Source: an uncultured Rikenella sp. (GTDB taxonomy: Bacteria; Bacteroidota; Bacteroidia; Bacteroidales; VadinHA17). From it: a stretch of DNA of 64,000 nucleotides. The first letter of the stretch is position 1. Each line of letters starts with the position of its first letter. The notes beneath the pieces were generated by a model. The model saw only the letters and a list, made by a program, of their open reading frames with translations. It searched no databases and was not told the origin of the DNA. The stretch spans positions 131,930-195,929 of the forward strand of contig CAYVYM010000001.1 of the NCBI GenBank assembly GCA_964455705.1, written 5' to 3'. The position numbers were made by a program, and so were the translations under genes. This document shows, piece after piece, positions 17,658-27,995 of the stretch.

Positions 17658-20402
17658 ATGGAAAACACAGCATATATTGACAACCGGCCATACCCTGTCA
17701 TAGCAGGTGAGACAATACTTGAGTTCGTAAGAAGGATACAGGGCCGGGAGGTGATACCCACCCTGTGCCAGGCAGATAACCTCGAGAATTACGGATCATG
17801 CAGGATCTGCTCCGTGGAGGTGGCCCTGAAAGAGAACGGACCGGCCAGGGTGATGGCATCTTGTCATACGCCGGCGGCTCCGGGCTATTATATCTATCCC
17901 TCCACTGAAAAAATCAGGAGACTGAGACGTAATATAATCGAACTGGTTCTTTCAGAATACCCTCCCGGTAGGCTGAAGCCTGATCCCGGCATGCTCCCGA
18001 CGGAGTTTCAGAGTGTTGTGGCTGAAGCCGGCAGTCCTGAGGTAAGATACCAACGGTCGGTCAGTGAATTCGAAAAGGACAGGAGCCATCCTTATATATG
18101 GTCTGACTTCACTGAATGCATCAAGTGCTACCGGTGTGTCAGAGCCTGTGACGAACTGCAGGCCGAGCATGTCCTCGGGATCTACGGAAGGGGTCATGAG
18201 AGTCGCATTATAAAAGGATATGACCGTACTTTCAGGGAATCTCCATGTGTCTCATGCGGCGCATGTGTTCAGACCTGTCCGACCAATGCGATTTCAGACA
18301 GGTACTCAACAAAAACACTTGCGGCAGACAGCATCGTACGGACCACCTGCACCTACTGCGGCGTTGGATGTAACCTGGATGTCAAGGTGATTGACGGCAT
18401 CGTGAGGGGCATACAGGCTCCGCTCGACGGTGCGACAAACAGAGGGCATACATGTCTTAAGGGGAGGTATGCCTTCGAATTCTATAACCACCCTGAAAGG
18501 CTCCATTCACCGCTGGTGAGGAAAAATGGTGTACTCACGGAGGTCTCCTGGGATGAGGCGTATGATTATACCGCAGCCAGATTCAAGGAGATCAGGGAGA
18601 AGTATGGTCCTGATGCACTGGCTGGTATCTCCTCGGCACGCTGCACCAATGAGGAGAACTATCTCATGCAGAAGTTCTTCAGGATTGTCATCGGGACAAA
18701 CAACATTGACGGATGTGCGCGTGTATGCCATGCTCCCACGGCCATGGGCATGCAGTGGGCATACGGTACCGGAGCAGCCACCAATTCAATTGACGAGCTC
18801 TACAAAACAGGTTGCATACTCATAATCGGAGCCAACCCGTCGGCTGCCCACCCGGTGACCGGGGCCCGAATCAGGGCGCTGGCTGAATCAGGGATACCCC
18901 TCATCGTCATTGATCCTCTGAAGATAGAGCTGGCCAGACTGGCAAAATATCATCTTCAGATCAACCCCGGCACCAATGTAGCCGCGCTTAACATGTTTGC
19001 CTGGTATCTCTTAAGCGAAGGACTGACTGACGAGAAGTTCATCAGCTCTCGCACAGAAGGGTGGGAAGATTTCAGGCGATACCTCACGGAACTTGATATT
19101 GATGCCCTTGAAGCGATATGCGGTGTTGACCGCGAACTTGTGAGAGCCGCGGCTCGCGAGTACGGAACGGCACATGCTGCCATGGAGTTTCACGGACTGG
19201 GTGTGACGGAGCACTGGCAGGCTACCAAGGCGATAACCCTTATCTCAAACATTGCCATGATGACCGGCAATATTGGCAGGGAGGGTGTTGGGGTCAACCC
19301 GCTGCGCGGACAGAATAATGTGCAGGGGGCAGCCGACATGGGCGTTCAGCCTCACCAGGGTGCCGGTTACCTTGATGTGACAAAACCTGAAAACCTGGCT
19401 GTGTATAAGGCATTTTACGGAGTTGACCACCCGTCAAAGCCTGGATATAAGATCCCGGAGATGTTCTTTGCCGCAGGCAGGGGCGACCTGAAAGCAATGT
19501 GGATCATGGGAGAAGATTTGCTGCAGACAGATCCCAACACCTGCCATGTGAAGAGCTCGCTTCAGGAACTTGAGTTCCTGGTTGTCCAGGAGCTCTTCAT
19601 GACCGAGACGGCAAAGATAGCCGATGTGATCTTCCCGGCGTCATCTTTTCTTGAGAAGGAGGGAACCTTTACCAATGGCGAGCGCCGGATACAAAAGGTT
19701 CAGAAGGCAGTGGAACCGCTTGAGGGAACCAGGCCCGACGGCCAGATTGTGGTTGATATGATGAACCGCATGGGCTACAGCCAGGAGGGATACTCGGCAG
19801 ATGTGTTACTTAAGGAGATATCTGGCATCGTGCCCTTCTTCAAGGGGGTGAAATGGGATGAGCTCGGCAACAACGGCAAACAATGGCCTGTCAGGGAGGA
19901 TGGCACTGACACAAAGATTCTCCACACAGAAACATTCAAGCGGGGAAAGGGCAAGTTTCATTCATGGGACTATGACATGTCCCCTGAACTAAATGAGAAT
20001 GCCGCTCGTTTCCCCTATATCCTTACCACGGGGAGGCTGCTGGAACATTACAACAGCGGTACCATGACCCGCCGTACACCGAACAGGGAGCTTGTTACGG
20101 AAGATATTTTATTTGTGCATCCTCATGATGCCGGGCAGAAGGGCCTGGTCACGGGAGACTTTGCCCGGATATTCTCGGCGCGAGGTATGACCACCATGAA
20201 GGTACAGGTTACCGATGTCGTCAAGCCCGGGGTGATATACACCACATTCCACTTCCCCGAGGCTGCGATAAACTTCCTCACAAGCAATGTGGGCGATGAG
20301 TTTACCCTCACCCCGGAGTATAAGGTTGTGGCGGTTGATTTTGAGAAATCTTTATATGGGATCTTCCAGCGTGCCGAATGCATTACCGATCTAAAAAGTT
20401 GA
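17658..20402 (+). CDS. fdhA: Formate dehydrogenase alpha subunit (molybdopterin, NuoG-like N-terminus, Cys type)
   Basis: 914 aa. It has an N-terminal 2Fe-2S domain and 4Fe-4S ferredoxin motifs (CIKCYRCVRAC, CVSCGACVQTCP). The MopB domain contains TCTYCGVGC and the active-site stretch GCARVCHAPT, with Cys where Sec occurs in FdhH. There is no in-frame TGA. Confidence 0.9.
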   Translation: MENTAYIDNRPYPVIAGETILEFVRRIQGREVIPTLCQADNLENYGSCRICSVEVALKENGPARVMASCHTPAAPGYYIYPSTEKIRRLRRNIIELVLSEYPPGRLKPDPGMLPTEFQSVVAEAGSPEVRYQRSVSEFEKDRSHPYIWSDFTECIKCYRCVRACDELQAEHVLGIYGRGHESRIIKGYDRTFRESPCVSCGACVQTCPTNAISDRYSTKTLAADSIVRTTCTYCGVGCNLDVKVIDGIVRGIQAPLDGATNRGHTCLKGRYAFEFYNHPERLHSPLVRKNGVLTEVSWDEAYDYTAARFKEIREKYGPDALAGISSARCTNEENYLMQKFFRIVIGTNNIDGCARVCHAPTAMGMQWAYGTGAATNSIDELYKTGCILIIGANPSAAHPVTGARIRALAESGIPLIVIDPLKIELARLAKYHLQINPGTNVAALNMFAWYLLSEGLTDEKFISSRTEGWEDFRRYLTELDIDALEAICGVDRELVRAAAREYGTAHAAMEFHGLGVTEHWQATKAITLISNIAMMTGNIGREGVGVNPLRGQNNVQGAADMGVQPHQGAGYLDVTKPENLAVYKAFYGVDHPSKPGYKIPEMFFAAGRGDLKAMWIMGEDLLQTDPNTCHVKSSLQELEFLVVQELFMTETAKIADVIFPASSFLEKEGTFTNGERRIQKVQKAVEPLEGTRPDGQIVVDMMNRMGYSQEGYSADVLLKEISGIVPFFKGVKWDELGNNGKQWPVREDGTDTKILHTETFKRGKGKFHSWDYDMSPELNENAARFPYILTTGRLLEHYNSGTMTRRTPNRELVTEDILFVHPHDAGQKGLVTGDFARIFSARGMTTMKVQVTDVVKPGVIYTTFHFPEAAINFLTSNVGDEFTLTPEYKVVAVDFEKSLYGIFQRAECITDLKS

Positions 20403-20526
20403 ATTATTCTGATTTTACCCTTAAAAAATGGGGGTTGATCTATAAAATTTTATAAAAAATTAAAAAATACCTCAAAAAATAGGGGGTATATTCTAAAATG
20501 ATCTATTTTTGCAAGAAAAACAGATC

Positions 20527-22716
20527 ATGGCAGAATTACGTTTCAGTGCATTGAAGGAGGTATTCAACAGGGAGACTGTAGAGGTTTCCGTTCCTAAGGA
20601 GACAGTATCCTCCTATTTTTCAGAGAATGTTTTTGACAAATTGAAGATGGAGCGCTATCTGAGCCGGGAAGCTTACAAAGCTGTATTGACGGCGATAGAT
20701 GAGGGGACTCCCATCACCAGGCAGATAGCCGATCAGGTTGCAACAGGCATGCAGGCATGGGCCATGGAGCATGGTGTCACCCATTTTACCCACTGGTTCC
20801 ATCCTCTTACTGATGCCACGGCAGAGAAGCATGACTCCTTTGTAGGCAGGGGTGAGCGCGGCTCGATCATCGAGAGCTTCTCCGGGGAGGTGTTGGTTCA
20901 GCAGGAGCCTGACGCCTCAAGCTTTCCCAGCGGTGGCATCAGGAACACTTTTGAGGCAAGGGGATATACGGCATGGGACGTGTCGTCACCCGCATTCATC
21001 GTCGGGAGCACGCTCTGTATACCGACGGTCTTTGTCTCCTACACAGGTGAGGCCCTCGATTACAAGACTCCCCTGCTTCGCTCGCTGGCCGCTCTTGACC
21101 GCGCTGCAGTTGAAGTATGTCATCTCTTTGACAAGGACGTAAAAAAGGTCATTGCAACCCTCGGATGGGAACAGGAATACTTCCTTATAGACGAAGCTCT
21201 TTATTATGCTCGTCCTGATCTGATGCTGGCTGACCGGACCATGATGGGGCATCCTTCCTCAAAGGATCAGCAGCTCTCAGACCACTACTTCGGTTCAATC
21301 CCGGAGAGGGTGAAGGCATTCATGACGGAGTTCGAGTATGAGGCATACAAGCTCGGCATCCCGGTAAAGACACGCCATAACGAGGTGGCTCCTAACCAGT
21401 TTGAGTGTGCCCCGGTGTTCGAGGAGGCCAACCTGGCCGTGGACCACAACCAGCTCATCATGGATATAATGCGACGGGTGGCCAGGACACATAAGTTCAG
21501 GGTCCTGTTCCATGAGAAGCCTTTCGCAGAGATCAACGGTTCAGGCAAGCACAACAACTGGTCGATGGCGACAGATACCGGAGTAAACCTCCTGTCGCCA
21601 GGCAAGAACCCGAAGACCAACATGCAGTTTCTTACATTCCTCGTTAACGTGGTCAAGGCCGTCAACGATAACCAGGAGCTGCTCAGGGCAAGCGTCACCA
21701 ACGAAAACAACTCTTACAGGCTGGGCGGACATGAGGCTCCCCCGTCAATCATCTCTGTCTTCCTGGGGACCTATATCTCCAACATACTTGACGGTATTGC
21801 CAGCAAGGTTAAAGACAAGAAGATGACCCCGCAGGAAAAGACGGAGATCAAGCTTGGTCTCGGCAAGATACCGGGTATCTTCCTTGACAATACCGATCGT
21901 AACCGTACTTCACCCTTTGCCTTCACAGGCAACAGGTTCGAGTTCAGGGCTGTGGGCTCATCGGCCAACTGCAGCTCCGCAATGATTGTACTTAATGCAG
22001 CAGTCGCCCGCCAGCTGAAGACCTTCGCTGAGGATGTCAACGTACTGGTTAACAAAGGCGTGAAAAAGGATGAGGCTATCTTTCAGGTGCTGAAAAAATG
22101 CATTACCGATTCAAAACGAATAAGATTTGAGGGTGACGGATACAGTGAGGAATGGCACCGTGAAGCGGCACGAAGGGGTCTGTCGTCGGAGGAGAGCGTG
22201 CCTAAAACACTCAAGGCATACGTTACCGCCTCGTCGCGCGAGACCCTTGTTGGGACCGGCACCTTGACCGACCGTGAACTGGAGAGCAGGGTAGAGGTTG
22301 AACTGGAGAAGTTCACGAAGAAGCTGCAGATAGAATCACGGGTTCTGGGAGACCTGGCAATCAATCATATCATACCTACAGCCGTGAGGTACATGACATC
22401 GTTGGTTGAAAATGTCAGAGGACTGCGTGAGATCTTTGACGACAACGAATACATAAGACTGGCCGGAGCGCGTAAGGAACTCATAATCAGTATCTCGGAT
22501 CATATAACAATGATAAAGAAGCTGGTGGCTGATATGATTGAGGAACGAAAAAAGGCAAACGTCATCGGCGACCTTTACAAGAAGGCTGTTGCCTACGAGA
22601 GCAAGGTCAAACCCTATCTGAATGAGATCAGAATCCACATTGACAAACTTGAACTCGTGGTTGACAACGAGTTATGGCCACTACCCAAGTACCGTGAACT
22701 GCTGTTTACAAGATAA
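20527..22716 (+). CDS. glnN: Glutamine synthetase type III
   Basis: About 729 aa from ATG 20527 (the ORF track opens at TTG 20509). The length and the motifs WEQEYFLID, NEVAPNQFE and GSGKHNNWS are typical of GSIII. Confidence 0.9.
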   Translation: MAELRFSALKEVFNRETVEVSVPKETVSSYFSENVFDKLKMERYLSREAYKAVLTAIDEGTPITRQIADQVATGMQAWAMEHGVTHFTHWFHPLTDATAEKHDSFVGRGERGSIIESFSGEVLVQQEPDASSFPSGGIRNTFEARGYTAWDVSSPAFIVGSTLCIPTVFVSYTGEALDYKTPLLRSLAALDRAAVEVCHLFDKDVKKVIATLGWEQEYFLIDEALYYARPDLMLADRTMMGHPSSKDQQLSDHYFGSIPERVKAFMTEFEYEAYKLGIPVKTRHNEVAPNQFECAPVFEEANLAVDHNQLIMDIMRRVARTHKFRVLFHEKPFAEINGSGKHNNWSMATDTGVNLLSPGKNPKTNMQFLTFLVNVVKAVNDNQELLRASVTNENNSYRLGGHEAPPSIISVFLGTYISNILDGIASKVKDKKMTPQEKTEIKLGLGKIPGIFLDNTDRNRTSPFAFTGNRFEFRAVGSSANCSSAMIVLNAAVARQLKTFAEDVNVLVNKGVKKDEAIFQVLKKCITDSKRIRFEGDGYSEEWHREAARRGLSSEESVPKTLKAYVTASSRETLVGTGTLTDRELESRVEVELEKFTKKLQIESRVLGDLAINHIIPTAVRYMTSLVENVRGLREIFDDNEYIRLAGARKELIISISDHITMIKKLVADMIEERKKANVIGDLYKKAVAYESKVKPYLNEIRIHIDKLELVVDNELWPLPKYRELLFTR

Positions 22717-22745
22717 TTTTTTTTCATAGTTTTTGTGGTTTTAAG

Positions 22746-22775
22746 TGCCCTCCTCCGGGAGGGCATTATTTTTGC
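22746..22775 (+). terminator. Rho-independent terminator after glnN
   Basis: GCCCTCC-tccg-GGAGGGC hairpin (22747-22764), followed by ATTATTTTT. Confidence 0.6.
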
Positions 22776-22865
22776 TGTAAGGTCATCAGGAAGGTAATTA
22801 TTGGAATGGCGGTACGTTAACATTAATAACAATCATTACTTTTGCATTTAACTAAGGTGATCAGC

Positions 22866-24842
22866 ATGAACAGACCATTAATCCTCATATTTACACTGGT
22901 TTTACTTCTTCCTGTTGCTCTCAGTGCGCAGAAACAAAAGACTGAGCGTGCTTACTCAGCCTACCAGGCCGGAAGCTACTATGATGCCATAGACCTCTTC
23001 AAGGATGTCTACTCGAAGACCCGTGACAAACAGGCGAAGGCTGAGATGGTCTTCATGGTTTCTGAGTGCTACCGTCTGATAAACGACCCGAAGAATGCAG
23101 AGCTCTGGTACAAGAGAGCCGTCAGGTCGGCATTCCCCAGGCCTGAGGCGCAGTACTGGCTGGCTGAGAGCACGAAGAAGCTGGGACGGTACCCCCAGGC
23201 CATAGAGGAGTTCCGCAAGTACCGGCAGCTTGTGCCCGGCGACCCCCGTACCGAGCAGCAGATACGCGCCTGTGAGCTTGCCATCGAATGGCAGGCCTCC
23301 CCGGAATCGTATAACGTCGAGGAGCTGAAGGAGGTCAACTCCAGGAACTCCGACTTCAGCCCTGCATTCGGGCGCGATGATAATGGGCTCCTCTGGTTTA
23401 CCTCATCACGTGATGACGCCCAGGGTAACAAGGAGCACGGTGCCACAGGACAGAGCTTTTCGGATATTTTTGAGACCAGGCTTGACAAGAAGGCCAAGTG
23501 GAGCACCCCTGTGCCGGTTGATTTCCTCAACAGTGAGTTTGAGGATGGTACTCCATCATTCTCTTCAGACTTCACAGAGGTATATTTCACCCGTTGCGAG
23601 GCTGGCAAGCGCGAGAGCAAGGGGTGTGTGATAATGTATTCCACCCGTGAGGGCACACGCTGGTCGAACCCGGTGAAGCTGGAGCTGCTTGCCGACTCGC
23701 TTGTTGCTGCCCACCCCTCAGTCTCTCCTGACGGCCAGACGCTCTATTTTGTCTCCGACATGCCGGGCGGACTGGGCGGAAAAGACCTATACCGTTCCAC
23801 CCGCACCTCGCCCGGCAGCCCGTGGTCGAGGCCCGAGAACCTGGGAACCGACATTAATACCAGGGGCAATGAGCTCTTCCCATTCATCCGCGAGGACGGA
23901 ACACTCTATTTCGCTTCTGACGGTCACATCGGAATGGGCGGTCTGGATATCTTCAGGGCGACGCCCCAGGCTGGCGACAGCTGGATTGTCAATAACATGA
24001 GGCCGCCGATAAACAGCCCGGCAGATGACTTTGGCATCACCTTCGAGAAAGGCGCCGAGAAGGGCATCTTCAGCTCGTCACGCAAGGGACGCGGAGTTGA
24101 TGACCTCTATACCTTCGAGATGCCTCCGCTGCTCTTCAGCATCACCGGACTCGTGAAGGATGAAAAGAGCGGGCTGCCCGTTCAGGGCGCAACGGTACAG
24201 CTCATCGCCAGCGATGGCGCCAACATGCAGACAGAGACAGGCAATGCAGGCGATTTCAAATTCAGCCTCAGACCGGAGGTTGACTATATCTTCCTGGCCT
24301 CAATGAGGGGCTTCCTGAACGGCAAGGAGAAAGAGACAACAAGGGGACAGGACAAGAGCCGTGAGTTTATGGCTACAATCCTTCTGACACCTATTGACAG
24401 GCCTATTGAGCTGCCGAACATATTCTACGACTTCGGGAAGTGGGACCTGCGTCCCGAATCCATGGTCTCACTTGATAAGCTGGTAGAGACCCTGAATGAC
24501 AATCCGAACGTTACAATTGAGCTGATGTCGCACACTGACTCGCGTGATACCGAGGAGTACAACATGGATCTTTCACAGAAAAGGGCGCAGTCGGTTGTGA
24601 ATTACCTCATCGGTAAGGGAATCGCTTCTGACAGGCTCACTGCCAGGGGTTATGGTGAGGGCAGCCCGAAAGTGGTGGATGCAGTCATCATTGAGGACGC
24701 TCCGTTCCTTCGTTCCGAAGCCACACTTAACGAACAGTACATCAACTCACTCGCCAGCGAGGAACAGAAGGAGATAGCACACCAGATCAACCGACGCACT
24801 GAATTCAGGGTGTTGAGGACCGACTATGTTCCTGCAAACTAA
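22866..24842 (+). CDS. OmpA-family protein with TPR, TolB-like beta-propeller repeats and C-terminal OmpA domain
   Basis: Signal peptide MNRPLILIFTLVLLLPVALSAQ. TPR-like N-terminus. Repeated ..LYF.SD..GG.GG.D.. propeller-type motifs. C-terminus is OmpA-like (MSHTDSRDTEEYNMDLSQKRAQSVVNYL...NRRTEF). I prefer ATG 22866 over TTG 22842. Confidence 0.8.
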   Translation: MNRPLILIFTLVLLLPVALSAQKQKTERAYSAYQAGSYYDAIDLFKDVYSKTRDKQAKAEMVFMVSECYRLINDPKNAELWYKRAVRSAFPRPEAQYWLAESTKKLGRYPQAIEEFRKYRQLVPGDPRTEQQIRACELAIEWQASPESYNVEELKEVNSRNSDFSPAFGRDDNGLLWFTSSRDDAQGNKEHGATGQSFSDIFETRLDKKAKWSTPVPVDFLNSEFEDGTPSFSSDFTEVYFTRCEAGKRESKGCVIMYSTREGTRWSNPVKLELLADSLVAAHPSVSPDGQTLYFVSDMPGGLGGKDLYRSTRTSPGSPWSRPENLGTDINTRGNELFPFIREDGTLYFASDGHIGMGGLDIFRATPQAGDSWIVNNMRPPINSPADDFGITFEKGAEKGIFSSSRKGRGVDDLYTFEMPPLLFSITGLVKDEKSGLPVQGATVQLIASDGANMQTETGNAGDFKFSLRPEVDYIFLASMRGFLNGKEKETTRGQDKSREFMATILLTPIDRPIELPNIFYDFGKWDLRPESMVSLDKLVETLNDNPNVTIELMSHTDSRDTEEYNMDLSQKRAQSVVNYLIGKGIASDRLTARGYGEGSPKVVDAVIIEDAPFLRSEATLNEQYINSLASEEQKEIAHQINRRTEFRVLRTDYVPAN

Positions 24843-24868
24843 AGAGGGAAAGGATCTTTATAACCATC

Positions 24869-26041
24869 ATGACTGACAGGTCGCGCTATGCAATGAGAGG
24901 TGTCTCCCCGGGCAAGGAAGAGGTTCATGCTGCCATCAGCGGGGTTGACCCCGGACTCTTCCCAAAGGCATTCTGCAAGGTCATTCCTGATATTCTGGGC
25001 GGAGACCCCGGCTGGTGCAATATAATGCATGCCGACGGTGCCGGCACCAAATCGTCACTTGCATATGTCTACTGGAAGGAGACCGGAGACCTCTCCGTCT
25101 GGAAGGGTATAGCCCGGGATGCCGTGGTGATGAACCTCGACGATCTGCTATGTGTCGGCGTGACAGATAACATCCTCCTGTCGTCAACAATAGGGAGGAA
25201 TAAGAACCTTATCCCCGGCGAGGTCATCAAAACGATCATTGAGGGTACCGAGGAGTTCCTCAGCCGGATGCGCGATGCAGGGATAGGGATATGGTCAACC
25301 GGTGGAGAGACGGCGGATGTCGGAGACCTGGTGAGGACAGTGATCGTTGACTCCACCGTCACTGCCCGGATGAGGAGAGCTGACGTCATTGATAACGCCC
25401 GGATAAGTCCGGGTGATGTTATAGTGGGCCTGGCATCGTTCGGTCAGACAAACTACGAAGACGGGTATAACGGTGGTATGGGAAGCAACGGGCTGACCTC
25501 GGCAAGGCATGATGTCTTTCATGGGTATCTCACCAGCCTCTATCCTGAGAGTTTTGACGGTGCGATACCTGACTCCCTGGTTTATTCAGGCAGCATGAGG
25601 CTCACTGACGCGACAAACGTTCCGGGGGTGAATGCCGCGATGCTGGTCCTGTCACCCACACGCACCTACGCACCGGTGATAAAAAAGGTGCTTGAGGTGA
25701 TGAGGCCTGCCATCCATGGAATGGTACACTGTTCAGGAGGCGGTCAGACGAAGATCCTTCACTTCATTGACAGGGTGCATGTCATTAAGGATTATCTCTT
25801 TCCTGTGCCACCCCTGTTCGAAATGATTCAGTCCGAATCAGGGACCCCGTGGGAGGAGATGTACCGCGTCTTCAACATGGGGCACAGAATGGAACTGTAT
25901 GTTGGCCGGGATGATGCCCGGGCCATCATTGAAATTGCCTCAGCATTTAACCTTGACGCACAGATCATCGGACGGTGCGAATCTTCTCCTTCCCCGAAAC
26001 TTACAATTAGCAGCGGACATGGGGAATTTCACTATTTCTAG
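24869..26041 (+). CDS. purM: AIR synthase-related protein (PurM-like)
   Basis: 390 aa. DGAGTK motif plus PurM N- and C-domain-like organisation. Confidence 0.75.
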   Translation: MTDRSRYAMRGVSPGKEEVHAAISGVDPGLFPKAFCKVIPDILGGDPGWCNIMHADGAGTKSSLAYVYWKETGDLSVWKGIARDAVVMNLDDLLCVGVTDNILLSSTIGRNKNLIPGEVIKTIIEGTEEFLSRMRDAGIGIWSTGGETADVGDLVRTVIVDSTVTARMRRADVIDNARISPGDVIVGLASFGQTNYEDGYNGGMGSNGLTSARHDVFHGYLTSLYPESFDGAIPDSLVYSGSMRLTDATNVPGVNAAMLVLSPTRTYAPVIKKVLEVMRPAIHGMVHCSGGGQTKILHFIDRVHVIKDYLFPVPPLFEMIQSESGTPWEEMYRVFNMGHRMELYVGRDDARAIIEIASAFNLDAQIIGRCESSPSPKLTISSGHGEFHYF

Positions 26042-26071
26042 TTACCTTTGTGCCCTGAAATTTGGCAAGTA

Positions 26072-27157
26072 ATGGCAAACAATCTTATTCTTGACAGGCT
26101 GCTGGGTGTGAAGAAGCGCTTTGTGGAGGTTGGTGAACAGCTGAACTCCCCTGACGTGATGTCGGACATGAAACGCTATGTCAGGCTGAACAAGGAATAC
26201 AAGGAGCTGAAGCCGGTTATTGAGGCTTACGAGAAATACAAAAGCGCAATCGATAACCTTGAGAGCGCAAGAGCACTGCTGGCCACAGAGAAGGATGAGG
26301 AGATGCGCGAGATGGCTAAGGCTGAGATAGATCAGCTGGTCAACACCATCCCCGATATGGAGGAGGATATCAGGTACCTCCTGTTACCTGTTGATCCGGA
26401 GGATGACAAGAATGCGGTGATTGAGATACGTGCCGGTACCGGTGGTGATGAAGCGAGCATCTTTGCGGGCGACCTGTTCCGGATGTATTCAAAGTATATC
26501 GAATCGCAGGGATGGAGGCTCGACCTGAACTACTTCACTGACGGCACTGCAGGTGGCTATAAGGAGATTGTATTTACAGTCGTTGGCGAGGGCGTCTACG
26601 GCATCATGAAATATGAGTCCGGCGTGCACCGTGTGCAGCGGGTACCCCAGACCGAAACCCAGGGACGCATCCACACCTCTGCTGCCACGGTGGCAGTACT
26701 GCCTGAGGCAGATGAGTTTGACATCGATGTGCGCAGCGAGGATATCCGAAAGGACACCTACTGTTCATCTGGCCCTGGCGGACAGAGTGTTAACACAACC
26801 TACTCAGCCATCAGGCTCACGCATGTGCCAACAGGCATCGTGGTCACATGCCAGGACGAGAAATCGCAGATCAAGAACCTGGAGAAGGCTATGAAGGAAC
26901 TGCGTACGAGGCTCTACAACCTCGAGTACCAGAAGTATCTTGACGAGATCTCTCAAAAACGCAAGACAATGGTTTCAACCGGCGACCGGTCGGCCAAGAT
27001 CAGAACATACAACTATCCCCAGGGGAGGGTCACTGACCACCGCATCAACCTGACGATATACAACCTTCCGGTGGTGCTCGACGGGAATATACAGGAACTG
27101 CTCGATAAGCTTCAGATGGCAGAGAATGCTGAGCGTCTGAAGGTAAGTGATTATTAA
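26072..27157 (+). CDS. prfA: Peptide chain release factor 1
   Basis: GGQ motif ([10 protein letters not shown]). RF1-type decoding region [18 protein letters not shown]. Start is at ATG 26072 (MANNLIL). Confidence 0.95.
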   Translation: MANNLILDRLLGVKKRFVEVGEQLNSPDVMSDMKRYVRLNKEYKELKPVIEAYEKYKSAIDNLESARALLATEKDEEMREMAKAEIDQLVNTIPDMEEDIRYLLLPVDPEDDKNAVIEIRAGTGGDEASIFAGDLFRMYSKYIESQGWRLDLNYFTDGTAGGYKEIVFTVVGEGVYGIMKYESGVHRVQRVPQTETQGRIHTSAATVAVLPEADEFDIDVRSEDIRKDTYCSSGPGGQSVNTTYSAIRLTHVPTGIVVTCQDEKSQIKNLEKAMKELRTRLYNLEYQKYLDEISQKRKTMVSTGDRSAKIRTYNYPQGRVTDHRINLTIYNLPVVLDGNIQELLDKLQMAENAERLKVSDY

Positions 27158-27164
27158 AAACCCA

Positions 27165-27995
27165 ATGATGCATTCAAAAGATATCTTTCAGCAGATACTG
27201 AAGAAGAGATCCTTCCTTTGCGTAGGACTGGATCCTGAAATATCAAGGCTGCCCGCATGCCTGTCAGGAATGGAGGAACCTATTTTTGAGTTCAACAGGC
27301 GGATCATTGATGCAACTCATAAATATGCAGTTGCCTACAAGCCCAATTTCGCTTTTTATGAGTCTTACGGGGTACGAGGGATGGCAGCTCTCGACAAGAC
27401 GGCACGCTATATCAACAAGCTAGATACCAATATCTTTATTATAGCCGACGCAAAGCGTGGTGACATTGGCAATACCTCAAAGATGTACGCCCGGGCGGTT
27501 TTCGGGGAGATGCCCTTTGACGCCGTGACCGTTGCTCCGTACATGGGTGAGGATTCCGTGACGCCCTTCCTTTCATACCCGGGCAAATGGGCTGTCATAC
27601 TGGCTCTCACCTCAAACAGGGGGGCCGAGGACTTTCAGTACCACACTGACAAGGGCCAGAGATTGTTTGAAAGAGTTCTGACGCTGACACAAAGGTGGGG
27701 AACGACAGAAAACTTAATGTATGTTGTGGGAGCCACCAGGGCTGAGATGCTGGCCGATATCCGTAAGATCGTGCCTGATCACTTCCTCCTGGTACCGGGC
27801 GTCGGTGCCCAGGGGGGCAGCCTGGAAGAGGTGGTGAAGTACGGAATGAACAGTCGTTGCGGACTGCTGGTGAACTCATCACGCGCTATCATCTACGCTG
27901 ACAGTACCGAGAACTTCGCCGAAGTGGCCGGGGAGAAAGCCAGGGAGATACAGGAGGAGATGGCCGGTTATCTGGCAGGCAGGTTCAATGTCTGA
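27165..27995 (+). CDS. pyrF: Orotidine 5'-phosphate decarboxylase (type 2)
   Basis: Motifs [19 protein letters not shown] and [14 protein letters not shown] 27165 lies 7 nt after the prfA stop. The ORF track opens at GTG 27147. Confidence 0.9.
   Translation: MMHSKDIFQQILKKRSFLCVGLDPEISRLPACLSGMEEPIFEFNRRIIDATHKYAVAYKPNFAFYESYGVRGMAALDKTARYINKLDTNIFIIADAKRGDIGNTSKMYARAVFGEMPFDAVTVAPYMGEDSVTPFLSYPGKWAVILALTSNRGAEDFQYHTDKGQRLFERVLTLTQRWGTTENLMYVVGATRAEMLADIRKIVPDHFLLVPGVGAQGGSLEEVVKYGMNSRCGLLVNSSRAIIYADSTENFAEVAGEKAREIQEEMAGYLAGRFNV

Noticed and set aside
17658-20402. Possible selenocysteine recoding in the formate dehydrogenase alpha subunit
   Set aside because: The ORF is uninterrupted. The Mo-ligand position is encoded as Cys (ARVCHAPT), with no in-frame TGA, so no SECIS element is expected.
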